64,000 nt of DNA from a virus. The stretch covers positions 128,001 through 192,000 of IMG/VR virus record IMGVR_UViG_3300031992_000005; one strand, 5' to 3'. Position 1 is the stretch's first letter, and the number at the start of each line of letters is the position of its first letter. Below the pieces are notes generated by a model. The model was not told the origin of the DNA and did not search any database. It worked only from the letters and a program-made list of their open reading frames with translations. A program made the translations under genes and the position numbers. Shown piece after piece: positions 27,707 to 36,493 of this stretch.

Positions 27707-28699
27707 ATGATTATAAACGATAATTTTACAAGTAATTCTTGTGGGAACAATGTTCTAACAGAATATTATTACGATAAAGTAAGGCGTCATCTTAAGGGTG
27801 ACTACTTTCCTCCAAAGAACAGCGAGGACTTAATTGGTTATGTCGCTGGTGAAGGGGAAGAAGGTGAAGGTGAAAATAATGGCCCACAATTATTAGATTA
27901 CCTCTTCACTGATGGAACTTTCGGTTCTGAGATTGGAGATAAGGTGCCAGTTGGTATATGTGTAGCCCCTGCCAGTCATTTTGCTGATGGTAAGGCTAGA
28001 TTTATGTCATTGAAAGAAATGTCGGCCAGTGATACAGCTGGAACCACTGAACATACTAGCCTAGGATGGGGAACTGCTAATACAGATGCTGGTTTGACTA
28101 AGTATTCATCTGTGGCAGTTGTTGACAGTGAAGGTGCACTTAAAGGTGTTAACCAGAATTATGGTTTTATTCCTTCCAAGAGAGCTGAATGGAGTTCTGC
28201 TTCACAGCCGGCAGCAAGACCAGTTGAAGGAGTATATTATGCAGGTAATATGGACCCTAATAATCCATCTCCTTATCCATTCTTGGCTGATGGTTCATTA
28301 AATCCCGATTATTCTGCTACAGAATTTGATGGTTCGCCAATTGTGAATATGCTGAGTGATGTCAATGGTGCTGCAAATACTACAACCTTGGTAGGTTTGG
28401 GCAGTGATTATGTAGCTGCCAATGCATGTCATAATTTCGCCCCAGGAGTACATGATGGAGAATGGTATCTCCCAGCAATAGGTGAGCTTGGATATATGAT
28501 AGCATTATACGATGACATTAATGCTAAGATTACAGCTGCTGGAGAAGGTAATGGAGTTGTAGTTGCTCCTAGTAACTTTTATTGGTCTTCTACTGGGGTT
28601 AGTGAGAGTGGTGCTTGCAATCTGCGTATGAATAACGGTTACGTGGGCAACCTCGATAAGACGGGTACGCCTTACGTTCGTGCCTTTTTAGCTCTATAA
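27707..28699 (+). CDS. fibre-like protein: class-I N-terminal module plus a DUF1566-like C-terminal domain
   Basis: The N-terminus NDNF..VLTEYYYDKVRRHLKGDYFPPKNSEDLIG is homologous to ORFs 19953 and 25309. GEWYLPAIGELGYM...FYWSST resembles the DUF1566 (W.LPt..EL...yWSs) pattern. Confidence 0.45.
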   Translation: MIINDNFTSNSCGNNVLTEYYYDKVRRHLKGDYFPPKNSEDLIGYVAGEGEEGEGENNGPQLLDYLFTDGTFGSEIGDKVPVGICVAPASHFADGKARFMSLKEMSASDTAGTTEHTSLGWGTANTDAGLTKYSSVAVVDSEGALKGVNQNYGFIPSKRAEWSSASQPAARPVEGVYYAGNMDPNNPSPYPFLADGSLNPDYSATEFDGSPIVNMLSDVNGAANTTTLVGLGSDYVAANACHNFAPGVHDGEWYLPAIGELGYMIALYDDINAKITAAGEGNGVVVAPSNFYWSSTGVSESGACNLRMNNGYVGNLDKTGTPYVRAFLAL

Positions 28700-28712
28700 G
28701 ATTTAAAGAATT

Positions 28713-28985
28713 ATGTTACAGAATATTTTAGGTTGTAGATTTTTATCTGCAATTATATCCTTCATTGTCACTTTCCTTGTGGTTGGTGAGCAGGCAGGAT
28801 ATACAGAAACAGCTCCTAATATAACTTTTGGCTTAGTTCTAGGAGCATGTATTAGTGTTTTTATAGAATTTGCCAGATGGGGAGTTCTTGATAACTTAAT
28901 GGCTGGTAAATTTCAAGCAACAAACTTATTACTTGGCTTATTGGGTGCTGGCTTAGGTTCAGCACTAGCAGTACTTATTAACTAA
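28713..28985 (+). CDS. small multi-pass membrane protein (holin-like candidate)
   Basis: 90 aa with three hydrophobic segments. Confidence 0.5.
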   Translation: MLQNILGCRFLSAIISFIVTFLVVGEQAGYTETAPNITFGLVLGACISVFIEFARWGVLDNLMAGKFQATNLLLGLLGAGLGSALAVLIN

Positions 28986-29005
28986 TAACTTAAAGGGTGT
29001 CAATT

Positions 29006-29359
29006 ATGAAACGTATTAAGCAATTTTTCAGGGATCTTATAAATTACCTTGGCACCTTCCCAAATGTATTTAGTGAAAATAGTACAAAGTTATTAGCTCT
29101 CTTAATCTCTGCAATAACTGGTGGTTTTCTCGTAGCCATTGTAATTCCACTAATCCTAATTTGGGATGTAGCAGTTAATGGTTATATTAAGACTGATCTT
29201 ATTGACCTTGGTATCTTTTTGCTTTGTGTTGGGGGATATGTTTTTGGTGCAGGAGCTACAGTAAAGGTTCCTGACTTAGAGAATCTCAACAAAGAGAGTA
29301 AGAGGCATCGGAGATTAAAGGAGGAAGTAGAAGACACTTGTGAAGGGGAAGATGAATAA
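29006..29359 (+). CDS. small membrane protein with a charged C-terminal tail (holin-like candidate)
   Basis: Two hydrophobic segments followed by KESKRHRRLKEEVEDTCEGEDE. The track start 28997 is GTG; the ATG is at 29006. Confidence 0.5.
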   Translation: MKRIKQFFRDLINYLGTFPNVFSENSTKLLALLISAITGGFLVAIVIPLILIWDVAVNGYIKTDLIDLGIFLLCVGGYVFGAGATVKVPDLENLNKESKRHRRLKEEVEDTCEGEDE

Positions 29360-29472
29360 GATCCCGGGGAGATAGTTCTTAGTGATAAGGACTATTTCTC
29401 TTTTCCCCGAAACGTAAAAAACTCCGGTATCCTCCGGGGAAGCTCTTATTTATAGTTATAAATTTTAGTTTT

Positions 29473-30069
29473 ATGGGAATTAGAAAAATATATTATGGTA
29501 TGAGTGGAGCATTTAAAGGTTCTACAATAAGACATGACTTAAAATTAAATCCCGACACTCAGGTAATGTATTCCGGCATAAAATCATGGAAGAAATTTCA
29601 TGAAAGCTTATTTAAAGACCTATTACCTCAGAGCGATCTTCATTTCAGCCTATTACACTTAGTTAGATTGGAGGAATTTATGTCGGGAAAACCAGAGAAT
29701 TTCATCATTGAGAGGGGTGTAACCGACTCCTTATTTTACAATTTATACAATGATGAGTATAATTCTAGCAAACCCTCAGAAGAGACAATTAAGAAGACTG
29801 TTGAGGCGGAGCAGAGTCTATTAGGGGGCATTGATAATTTAGAGAGGGTACTCTTAATTCAAGAGGATGTTGATTTTGTAAAGAACATTGTCTTTAAAGA
29901 AGAGTCTCGTGCAAAAACATTTAACTATGATCCAGACTATTATTTCCAACTCCAGAAAACCTATGTAGAGTTTACGATGACTCACAATAAAGTTGATAAT
30001 GTTGTCAGGATTAAGGATGCAAGAGAGTATATTCTTAATACTCTAGAAGAACAAATTAAATTTTTCTAA
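29473..30069 (+). CDS. hypothetical protein, weakly (deoxy)nucleoside/nucleotide-kinase-like
   Basis: Degenerate P-loop-like GMSGAFKGST and an ERGVTDSLFY (ERS-like) segment. Located directly upstream of nrdD. Confidence 0.25.
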   Translation: MGIRKIYYGMSGAFKGSTIRHDLKLNPDTQVMYSGIKSWKKFHESLFKDLLPQSDLHFSLLHLVRLEEFMSGKPENFIIERGVTDSLFYNLYNDEYNSSKPSEETIKKTVEAEQSLLGGIDNLERVLLIQEDVDFVKNIVFKEESRAKTFNYDPDYYFQLQKTYVEFTMTHNKVDNVVRIKDAREYILNTLEEQIKFF

Positions 30070-30071
30070 TT

Positions 30072-30587
30072 ATGACGGTAATCAAAGTAGATGAGTCAAA
30101 AGAGCCTTTTGATATTATCAAAATTCATAAGGCCCTAGAAAAAGTTTTCTCTCAATGCGGAGAAGATTTAACAGAAGAGATCTTAACTAACCTGGATGAA
30201 TATGTCAAGAAATCGTTAGACACTGAAGCAGATGTTGAGATTGAGGTGGATGATATTCACAACCTAGTTGAGCAATTTCTTATGTTGAATAACTTCTTTG
30301 CTGCATCTAAGTCTTATATCTTAGGACGATATAAGAAGGCCTTAGAGAGAGCAGAGAACAAAATGTATATTAAAAGTTTATCAGAAAAATTAAGTGCAAT
30401 TGATGTAGCTAATCAAAATGCAAACGTAGATGAGAAGAGCTTTGGTGGTAGAATAGGTGAGGCTAGTAGATATGTTGTAAAAGACTTTGCCTTGAACTAT
30501 TGTATGAGCCGAAAATCAAAGAACAATCATCTTAATAATGAAATCTATATTCACGACCTCGATTCTTACACAATTGGTTCTCATAAT
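30072..30587 (+). CDS. nrdD: nrdD exon 1, N-extein part
   Basis: ATP-cone-like MTVIKVDESKEPFDIIKIHKALEKV; ends ...IYIHDLDSYTIGSHN. Confidence 0.8.
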
Positions 30588-33500
30588 TGCGCCCATGGTA
30601 AGTCATGGGTTAAGATAAAACATGGTGGCAAAATTCATTTAACTCGTATTGAAGATCTTGCTAAAGAAGTTGGTTTGACTGATGGTAAACTAGCTGATGT
30701 ATCAAAAGACTGTTGGCAGATTTTGTCACGTGATGGATGGACAAAGCTCAAGAATATTTCCCAGAGAAAATTAAGGGAAGATGAAGAGCTTTTTACAATT
30801 AAGACAAGAACAGGCATACCACTTAAATTGACTGGTGAGCATAGATTGCCTATTCTAGATGAAAACGGTGAAGAAAAAGTAGTGAAGGTTAAGAACCTAA
30901 AGGTAGGTGATTCTCTGCTTGATATAGGGAATATTCGTTTTTCAGAGGAAGATTTGAATGAGTCTTTCTTGAACTTATTAGAACTTAACGACGATGTTGT
31001 AGATATTAGGATAACTAATCTATCTTCATTAAAAAGCTATTTGGAGTATCATTATGGTATTAATTTTACGGAGTTTGCTAGAAAGAATAATTTTGCAATA
31101 GATCCTAGGGCAAAAACGATGAAATTATGCGATTTCGTAAAGTTAACAAGAGAATATCCAATTTCATTTGAAGTTTATAGTAATTTATTAATTAAGTCCA
31201 GTGGTTCAAAGCATACTTATCCACTTCACATACCGTATACACCACAATTAGCTAAACTTTATGCTTATATTTATGCAGATGGTGGAGTATATGTGAATGA
31301 GGAGAAAAGCATGTTTCAGATTACTTTTACAAATACTAATGAGAAGCTTTTGGATGATTTCATTGATTGCTATGAAGATGTATTTGGATATAGACTTAAC
31401 AAATCGTATCCAGGTGCTACGGCAACTTCTCCTTGTATTAGAGTAACTGACGGAACCAGACTCATAGTAAAGATCTTTAGAGATTTTGCTGGGGCTAGAA
31501 AAAATGGATCCAATAATATCTCGGTACCAGACTTTGTTATTAATGGAACAAATGAGATCAAGTATGCATATTTATCTGCTTGTATAGATACTGACGGTTG
31601 TCTCAATAATAATAGAATTACCTATCACTCCTGTTGTGAAAGATATTGTCAGCAGTTAGCAATTATGTTAAACTCGCTTGGTTATCATCCAACCGTAGTA
31701 CAGTCAGGTAAAGCAGGTGAAGAATATCATTTCGGAAATAAGGTCGGAAAAAGAAACTTTGATTCTTTTGCAGTTGCGTTGTCGCGTAAAGATGAACTTG
31801 CTGCATTACAGTCAAAATTATCTTGCCTTAAGCACAATGATACTTATGTGTATCGTGGACTTAAGGATAAGTATGTTGAGAATAGGATTGTATCTATTTC
31901 AACCAGTTATGAAGATTGTTCCGTATATGATATGGAAACTGCTTCACATTGGTATATTATAAATAATTATGTCAGTCATAATTGTCTCACAATTCCATTT
32001 GACGAACTTCTCGCCAGTGGATTTAATACGAGACAGACTGATGTAAGACCAGCAAACAGTATTAATACTGCTTTGCAACTTGTAGCTGTAATATTCCAAC
32101 TTCAGAGTTTACAGCAATTTGGTAGGCAAAACTGCCTGTTAAGCCCTTTCCACTAATCAGTGGGGTATAGATGTAATCTATGCTAACGATGAAGCCTAAG
32201 TGTTCAGTGATGCGACATAAGGTAATATCGTGGGAATGTAATTTAATAAAATTACAAGCCTGTATCGACTATCTGCGGATCGGCAGAGTAAGGCAACTAT
32301 TGATACGTTGTTTGAAATGGGCTTTGCTAGATTTATTAAGTCTAGTTAAGATATAGTCAGTGCATATAGAAATATATGATAAAACGGGTGTATCGGCATC
32401 ACACCTCGATTGGACTCTTGTTCCATACGTTAAGAAATCGTTTTATAAGCATTTCAAGACAGGAGCAGAATTCATTGAAGGAGTAACAATTCCTATTGAG
32501 GAATTTAACGATAAAATGTCGCTCGATGATGAGAAGTATAAGTCGAGCGGAAAAGTTTATACATTTGCTATTAAGCAGACAGAGAAAGAACTAAAGCAAG
32601 CAGTGGAGGGAATGTATCATAATCTCAATACACTCCAATCACGTAGTGGGAACCAATTATAACTTGCTGATTATCAGCTAGTTACGAAAGTAGCGAAATA
32701 TTGATTGGCTATGTAGAAATACATTGAAATAATCGGGGCAAAATCGGTGAACCCTAAATTTTAAATTGTAAAAATTAATTCATTTCACTTTAATAGAAAT
32801 TATTATATGGGTAAAAGAGTAAAAATCACAGAAGAATTAAAAAAAGATATTATAAATTTTTATCGCAGTAAGCCAATGTCATTTCTTACAGTAAGCGAAA
32901 AATACGGTTTATGTTTGCCAACAATAAGTAAGATTTTAAAAGACGAAGAAAGATACAAGAAAGCGTCTATTTTTAATCCAGACTTTGATGAAGCGTATTT
33001 TGAAAATATTGATACAGAAGCAAAGGCATACTTTTTTGGATTAATAATTGCTGACGGTAATGTTTTTATCGACGAAAAAAATAAAAAAGCGAATAGGCAA
33101 GCAGTTATATCAATAATGCTAAATTCAAGTGATGAATATATACTAGAGCGCTTTAAAAACGAGGTAAAAACAAATACTATTGTTGGACATGATGGTAGAG
33201 GGTGTTCACAAATAGCGGTTAGAAGTAATAAAATGTCAAAAGACTTGGAAAAATATGGTGTTGTGCCAAGAAAAAGTTTTATAACTTATTTACCACAAAT
33301 AGATAAAGAGTTAATGCCGCATTTAATAAGGGGCATAATGGATGGAGACGGCAGTATAAATGCCCATTTAATTAAAAGTGGTAGATTTTTACATTCGATT
33401 GCATTTTGTGGAACTCATAGATTAATGTCTGAAATATCTGATTTTATATATTCTAATGCGAATTTGAATACAAAACCCAAAGTGTATGATTATAAAACTA

Positions 33501-35642
33501 GAACACTTAGTGAAATTGCTGTAAGAGGTATCGATGATATGTTTAAACTTGGGGAATTTATTTATAACAATTCAACCATATACTTAAACAGAAAAAGAGA
33601 AACTTATAATATGTTTTTAGAACATTACAATTTTTAAAACAAGGGAATACCGAGGTAATTTCTGAGATTGCGAAAGGCTCAGAAATACCGTAGAGCGTAG
33701 GAGGTGAATAAATATAATCCTCCCAAGAGTGTCCCCCCTTAGCGAGTAAAGTCGAAGGTGAAAATGTACGCCGACCTTATGGGAAACCATAAGAACTATG
33801 GGATAAAAAGCCTGTAGGATAACATAAGTGGCCATTTACATCTATCAATTACGGTACATGTACGTCCGTAGAAGGTAGAATGGTGATAAAAGCCTTGCTT
33901 GAAGGTTCGATTAATGGTGTGGGTAAATTTCATAGAACATCCATATTCCCTAAAAGTACCATTGGGGAAATAAAACAAGGTGAACTGTCAGAGACAGGTG
34001 TGGAAGTAGAATATAGTAGGAAATGACTATTGAGATACTTTTGCTAACAGGGGAAATCTAAACTTTAAATTAAAGCACGACAATCCTGTGCCAAGTTCTT
34101 TTATAGAAAAGGTCAAACGACTATCCTATGACGTTATTTAACTGAGGAGTAGGTCTATAGCGATATAGTTCCGAAGTGCCTTGTACTACTGAAGAGTAGT
34201 AATGATATAGTCTAATCCGGCTTCCTAGTAAGCGTTAAAGTATTGCGAAAGCAACGGTATATAATGTGTGGAATTTTCCAGTATATGAAGGGTGTTAATG
34301 ATAAGCCTGGAACGCCAAATTATGATATGTATAAACTTGCATTAGAGTCAACAGCAAAACGTTTGTATCCAAATTATGCGAACGTTGACTGGAGTGGGAA
34401 TGCTGGATATGATAGAAATGATCCAAAAACTTACTTCAGCACGATGGGTTAGTGTAAATGTAGCTCATCTAAAATCTCTTGAACCGTGCCAACGGGTGTC
34501 CAGAAATGGGCTAACTGCCAGGCCCTAAAGTTTTAGGGTGAAGCAGTGCTAAGCTTAGAAGAATTTCTAAGAAAGTGTATCGACTATTGGTGATGAATGT
34601 AGCCAAGTAGGGGAGGAGATAGGCACCTCTTCGAAGCGGGAGACTTCTCAGGAAAATGAGAAGAAGATATAGTCAGTGCCTTTGGTAACAAAGGGTTAAC
34701 ATGTGCAGAACTGCAAACGGTTTTGATATAAATGGTTTAGGTCAGTTAAAGGATGGTAGAGGAAATGTATGTCCAGTTACTATCATTATGCCGACCTTAG
34801 CGATGGAAGCCGACAGAGATGTAGAGAAGTTCATGCGTCTCTTAGGAAGAAAAATTGAAGAAGCAAAAGACATGTTAATTGAGAGATTCAACTGGATTTG
34901 TAGTCAAAGTCCAGAGTCTGCTAGATTTATGTATGAGAATAATACTATGGCGGGTTATGTTCCGTCAGAGGGTATTAGGTCTGCATTAAAGCATGGAACT
35001 CTCAGTTTAGGTCAGCTTGGCTTAGCAGAAACTCTCCAGTTATTGATTGGAACGGATCATACAACAGAGGAGGGTATGAAGTTAGCCAAGAGAATTGAGT
35101 CTCTTTTCAAGAAGAGATGTGCAGAATATAAAGAAAAGTATAAATTAAACTTTGGTGTATACTACACACCAGCCGAAAATCTCTGTTATACTGCATTGAA
35201 GAAATTCAGAACAAAATATGGAGTAATAAAGGATGTAAGTGATAAGGAATTTTTCACTAATTCCATCCATGTTCCTGTATGGAGAGATATGAACCCATTT
35301 GAGAAGATTGATATTGAATCTCAGCTCACGGGTTATTCTTCGGCGGGTTGTATTACTTATGTTGAACTCCCATCCACAGTATTAAATAATATTGAGGCTT
35401 TGGAGACGTTAGTGAATTATGCAATGGATAAGGATATTCCTTATTTTGCAGTTAATGTCCCAAATGATACTTGTATGGAATGTGGTCATACTGGTGAGTT
35501 CGATGTTTGTCCTGAATGTGGTTCAGATAATGTAAGTCAGTTAAAGCGAGTTACTGGCTACTTGAATCTAGATTACAGAACTTCTTTCAATGAAGGAAAG
35601 CAGGATGAAGTACGGTATAGAGTAAAACACATCAAAGGTTAG
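30072..35642 (+). CDS. nrdD: anaerobic ribonucleoside-triphosphate reductase NrdD. Mosaic gene with 5 exons and an intein in exon 1; inferred mature protein about 723 aa
   Basis: ATP-cone N-terminus, IYIHDLD, SRSGNQL-PFTSINYGTCTSVEGRMV, IFP-CGIFQYMKGVNDKPGTPNYD, STMG-CRT, Zn ribbon CMECGH..CPECG, and glycyl-radical RVTGYL. The pieces are spread over 5 track ORFs and one untracked frame. Confidence 0.9.
30588..31982 (+). mobile_element. intein (465 aa) with a LAGLIDADG homing-endonuclease domain, in-frame within nrdD
   Basis: Starts with Cys (CAHGKSWVKIK). Has block B LKLTGEHRLPI (TxxH) and two LAGLIDADG motifs (LAKLYAYIYADGGVY, KYAYLSACIDTDGCL). Ends VYDMETASHWYIINNYVSHN followed by +1 Cys (CLTIPFDELLASGF). 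Confidence 0.8.
31983..32123 (+). CDS. nrdD: nrdD exon 1, C-extein part
   Basis: CLTIPFDELLASGFNTRQ...LQSLQQFG. The ORF then runs into junk and a stop 11 codons later. Confidence 0.75.
32124..32386 (+). mobile_element. group-I-like intron 1 of nrdD (263 nt, no ORF)
   Basis: The 5' exon ends in T and the intron ends in G. Joining gives QQFG-GVSASHLDWTLVPYV. Contains CGACTAT (32266) and GATATAGTC (32350), which can pair GACTA/TAGTC (P7-like). Confidence 0.7.
32387..32658 (+). CDS. nrdD: nrdD exon 2
   Basis: GVSASHLDWTLVPYVKKSF...NLNTLQSRSGNQ(L). It has no plausible start codon of its own at the conserved region. Confidence 0.75.
32659..33830 (+). mobile_element. group-I-like intron 2 of nrdD (1172 nt) carrying a LAGLIDADG homing endonuclease gene
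   Basis: The 5' exon ends in T and the intron ends in G. Joining gives SRSGNQL-PFTSINYG. I did not see the GATATAGTC element in this one. Confidence 0.6.
32807..33637 (+). CDS. LAGLIDADG homing endonuclease (intron-encoded), N-terminal HTH-like region
   Basis: Two LAGLIDADG motifs, YFFGLIIADGNVF and HLIRGIMDGDGSI. Sits between nrdD exons 2 and 3. Confidence 0.85.
   Translation: MGKRVKITEELKKDIINFYRSKPMSFLTVSEKYGLCLPTISKILKDEERYKKASIFNPDFDEAYFENIDTEAKAYFFGLIIADGNVFIDEKNKKANRQAVISIMLNSSDEYILERFKNEVKTNTIVGHDGRGCSQIAVRSNKMSKDLEKYGVVPRKSFITYLPQIDKELMPHLIRGIMDGDGSINAHLIKSGRFLHSIAFCGTHRLMSEISDFIYSNANLNTKPKVYDYKTRTLSEIAVRGIDDMFKLGEFIYNNSTIYLNRKRETYNMFLEHYNF
33831..33951 (+). CDS. nrdD: nrdD exon 3 (40 codons; not in the ORF track)
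   Basis: Hand translation: PFTSINYGTCTSVEGRMVIKALLEGSINGVGKFHRTSIFP, a highly conserved NrdD block. Confidence 0.75.
33952..34266 (+). mobile_element. group-I-like intron 3 of nrdD (315 nt, no ORF)
   Basis: The 5' exon ends in T (cct) and the intron ends in G. Contains CGACTAT (34118) and GATATAGTC (34204). Confidence 0.65.
34267..34449 (+). CDS. nrdD: nrdD exon 4
   Basis: CGIFQYMKGVNDKPGTPNYDMYKLALESTAKRLYPNYANVDW...YFSTMG. Confidence 0.75.
34450..34703 (+). mobile_element. group-I-like intron 4 of nrdD (254 nt, no ORF)
   Basis: The 5' exon ends in T (ggt) and the intron ends in G. Contains CGACTAT (34581) and GATATAGTC (34666). Joining gives STMG-CRTANG. Confidence 0.7.
34704..35642 (+). 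CDS. nrdD: nrdD exon 5 (C-terminal third with Zn ribbon and glycyl-radical loop)
   Basis: CRTANGFD..., CMECGHTGEFDVCPECG and RVTGYLN. Confidence 0.85.
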   Translation, partial: CRTANGFDINGLGQLKDGRGNVCPVTIIMPTLAMEADRDVEKFMRLLGRKIEEAKDMLIERFNWICSQSPESARFMYENNTMAGYVPSEGIRSALKHGTLSLGQLGLAETLQLLIGTDHTTEEGMKLAKRIESLFKKRCAEYKEKYKLNFGVYYTPAENLCYTALKKFRTKYGVIKDVSDKEFFTNSIHVPVWRDMNPFEKIDIESQLTGYSSAGCITYVELPSTVLNNIEALETLVNYAMDKDIPYFAVNVPNDTCMECGHTGEFDVCPECGSDNVSQLKRVTGYLNLDYRTSFNEGKQDEVRYRVKHIKG

Positions 35643-35645
35643 TTT

Positions 35646-36143
35646 ATGAGGTATATTAAAATAACAGGCCCTGATGTAGAAAATGGTCTAGGTTTTAGAA
35701 CTACGTTATGGATTTCTGGGTGTAAGTGCCATTGTGAGGGATGTCATAATCCTGAAACATGGTCCTTCACATTCGGAAAGGAGTTCACTGATGAATCTTA
35801 TCAGGAGCTAAAGGAAAATTTATCCAAGCCTTATATCAAGGGGCTAACTTTATCTGGTGGTAATCCAGTTGATTCCCCGGAAGATTTATTAAGTTTATTG
35901 AAAAGAGTAAGAGAGGATTTTGGTAATTCAAAGGACATTTGGCTTTATTCTGGCTATGTATTTGAAGATCTCCTAAAGGATCCTCTATGTAAAGAAATTT
36001 TAGGCTTAGTTGATATAGTGGTAGATGGTCCATTTATCCTAAGCAAAAGAAATACAGCGCTCCCCTTCAGAGGTTCAGAGAATCAAAGAATTATCTTGGT
36101 TCAAGAATCCCTGAAAGAGGGAAATATAATCCTAAAGCAATAA
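35646..36143 (+). CDS. nrdG: anaerobic ribonucleotide reductase activating protein (radical SAM)
   Basis: GFRTTLWISGCKCHCEGCHNPETW cluster; LSGGNP; directly downstream of nrdD. Confidence 0.9.
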   Translation: MRYIKITGPDVENGLGFRTTLWISGCKCHCEGCHNPETWSFTFGKEFTDESYQELKENLSKPYIKGLTLSGGNPVDSPEDLLSLLKRVREDFGNSKDIWLYSGYVFEDLLKDPLCKEILGLVDIVVDGPFILSKRNTALPFRGSENQRIILVQESLKEGNIILKQ

Positions 36144-36493
36144 TAAATAATCCATTCCTCAGGAGAAAACTCTTGGGGAATGGCATCTGCTGAATGAAAA
36201 ATATTCATTTATATCAAAAAATATTCAAAAATAAGCAAGCTTTTTAAAATCACGTGATATTTATATATGAATACTAAGATAAATAATAAAAAAAAATAAG
36301 TGAACTTATGAAACATAAAAATATTAAAGTTGTTTCGATTGACACTGAAAATATGTTGTATACTTGTGACGATGGTAATGAATCCATTAATGGATGGGCT
36401 TGAAACATTGTCAATAGAAGAGTTACAGAAACACATAGATAGTGCAAAACAAGCAACACTTGATATAATTGAAAAAAAAATAGAAAGTAGGCT

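Noticed and set aside
30579-30590. The N-extein ends ...GSHN immediately before the intein Cys, mimicking the intein's own C-terminal ...VSHN|C. I wondered whether this marks a nested or duplicated splice junction.
   Set aside because: A 3-residue coincidence is insufficient evidence. The Hint blocks A, B, F and G are each present once, and a single 465-aa intein accounts for the insert.
31717-31962. Alternate-frame + strand ORFs 31717-31962, 28119-28301, 48892-49119 and 53532-53726.
   Set aside because: They lie out of frame within the intein, the fibre gene 27707, the 2H gene 3' end and intergenic region, and the ompA 3' end respectively. No motifs are present. They overlap better-supported features.
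33617-33978. Minus-strand track ORFs 33617-33835 and 33796-33978.
   Set aside because: The + strand here encodes the highly conserved NrdD block PFTSINYGTCTSVEGRMV (exon 3) and the intron 2 3' region. The minus ORFs are shadows.
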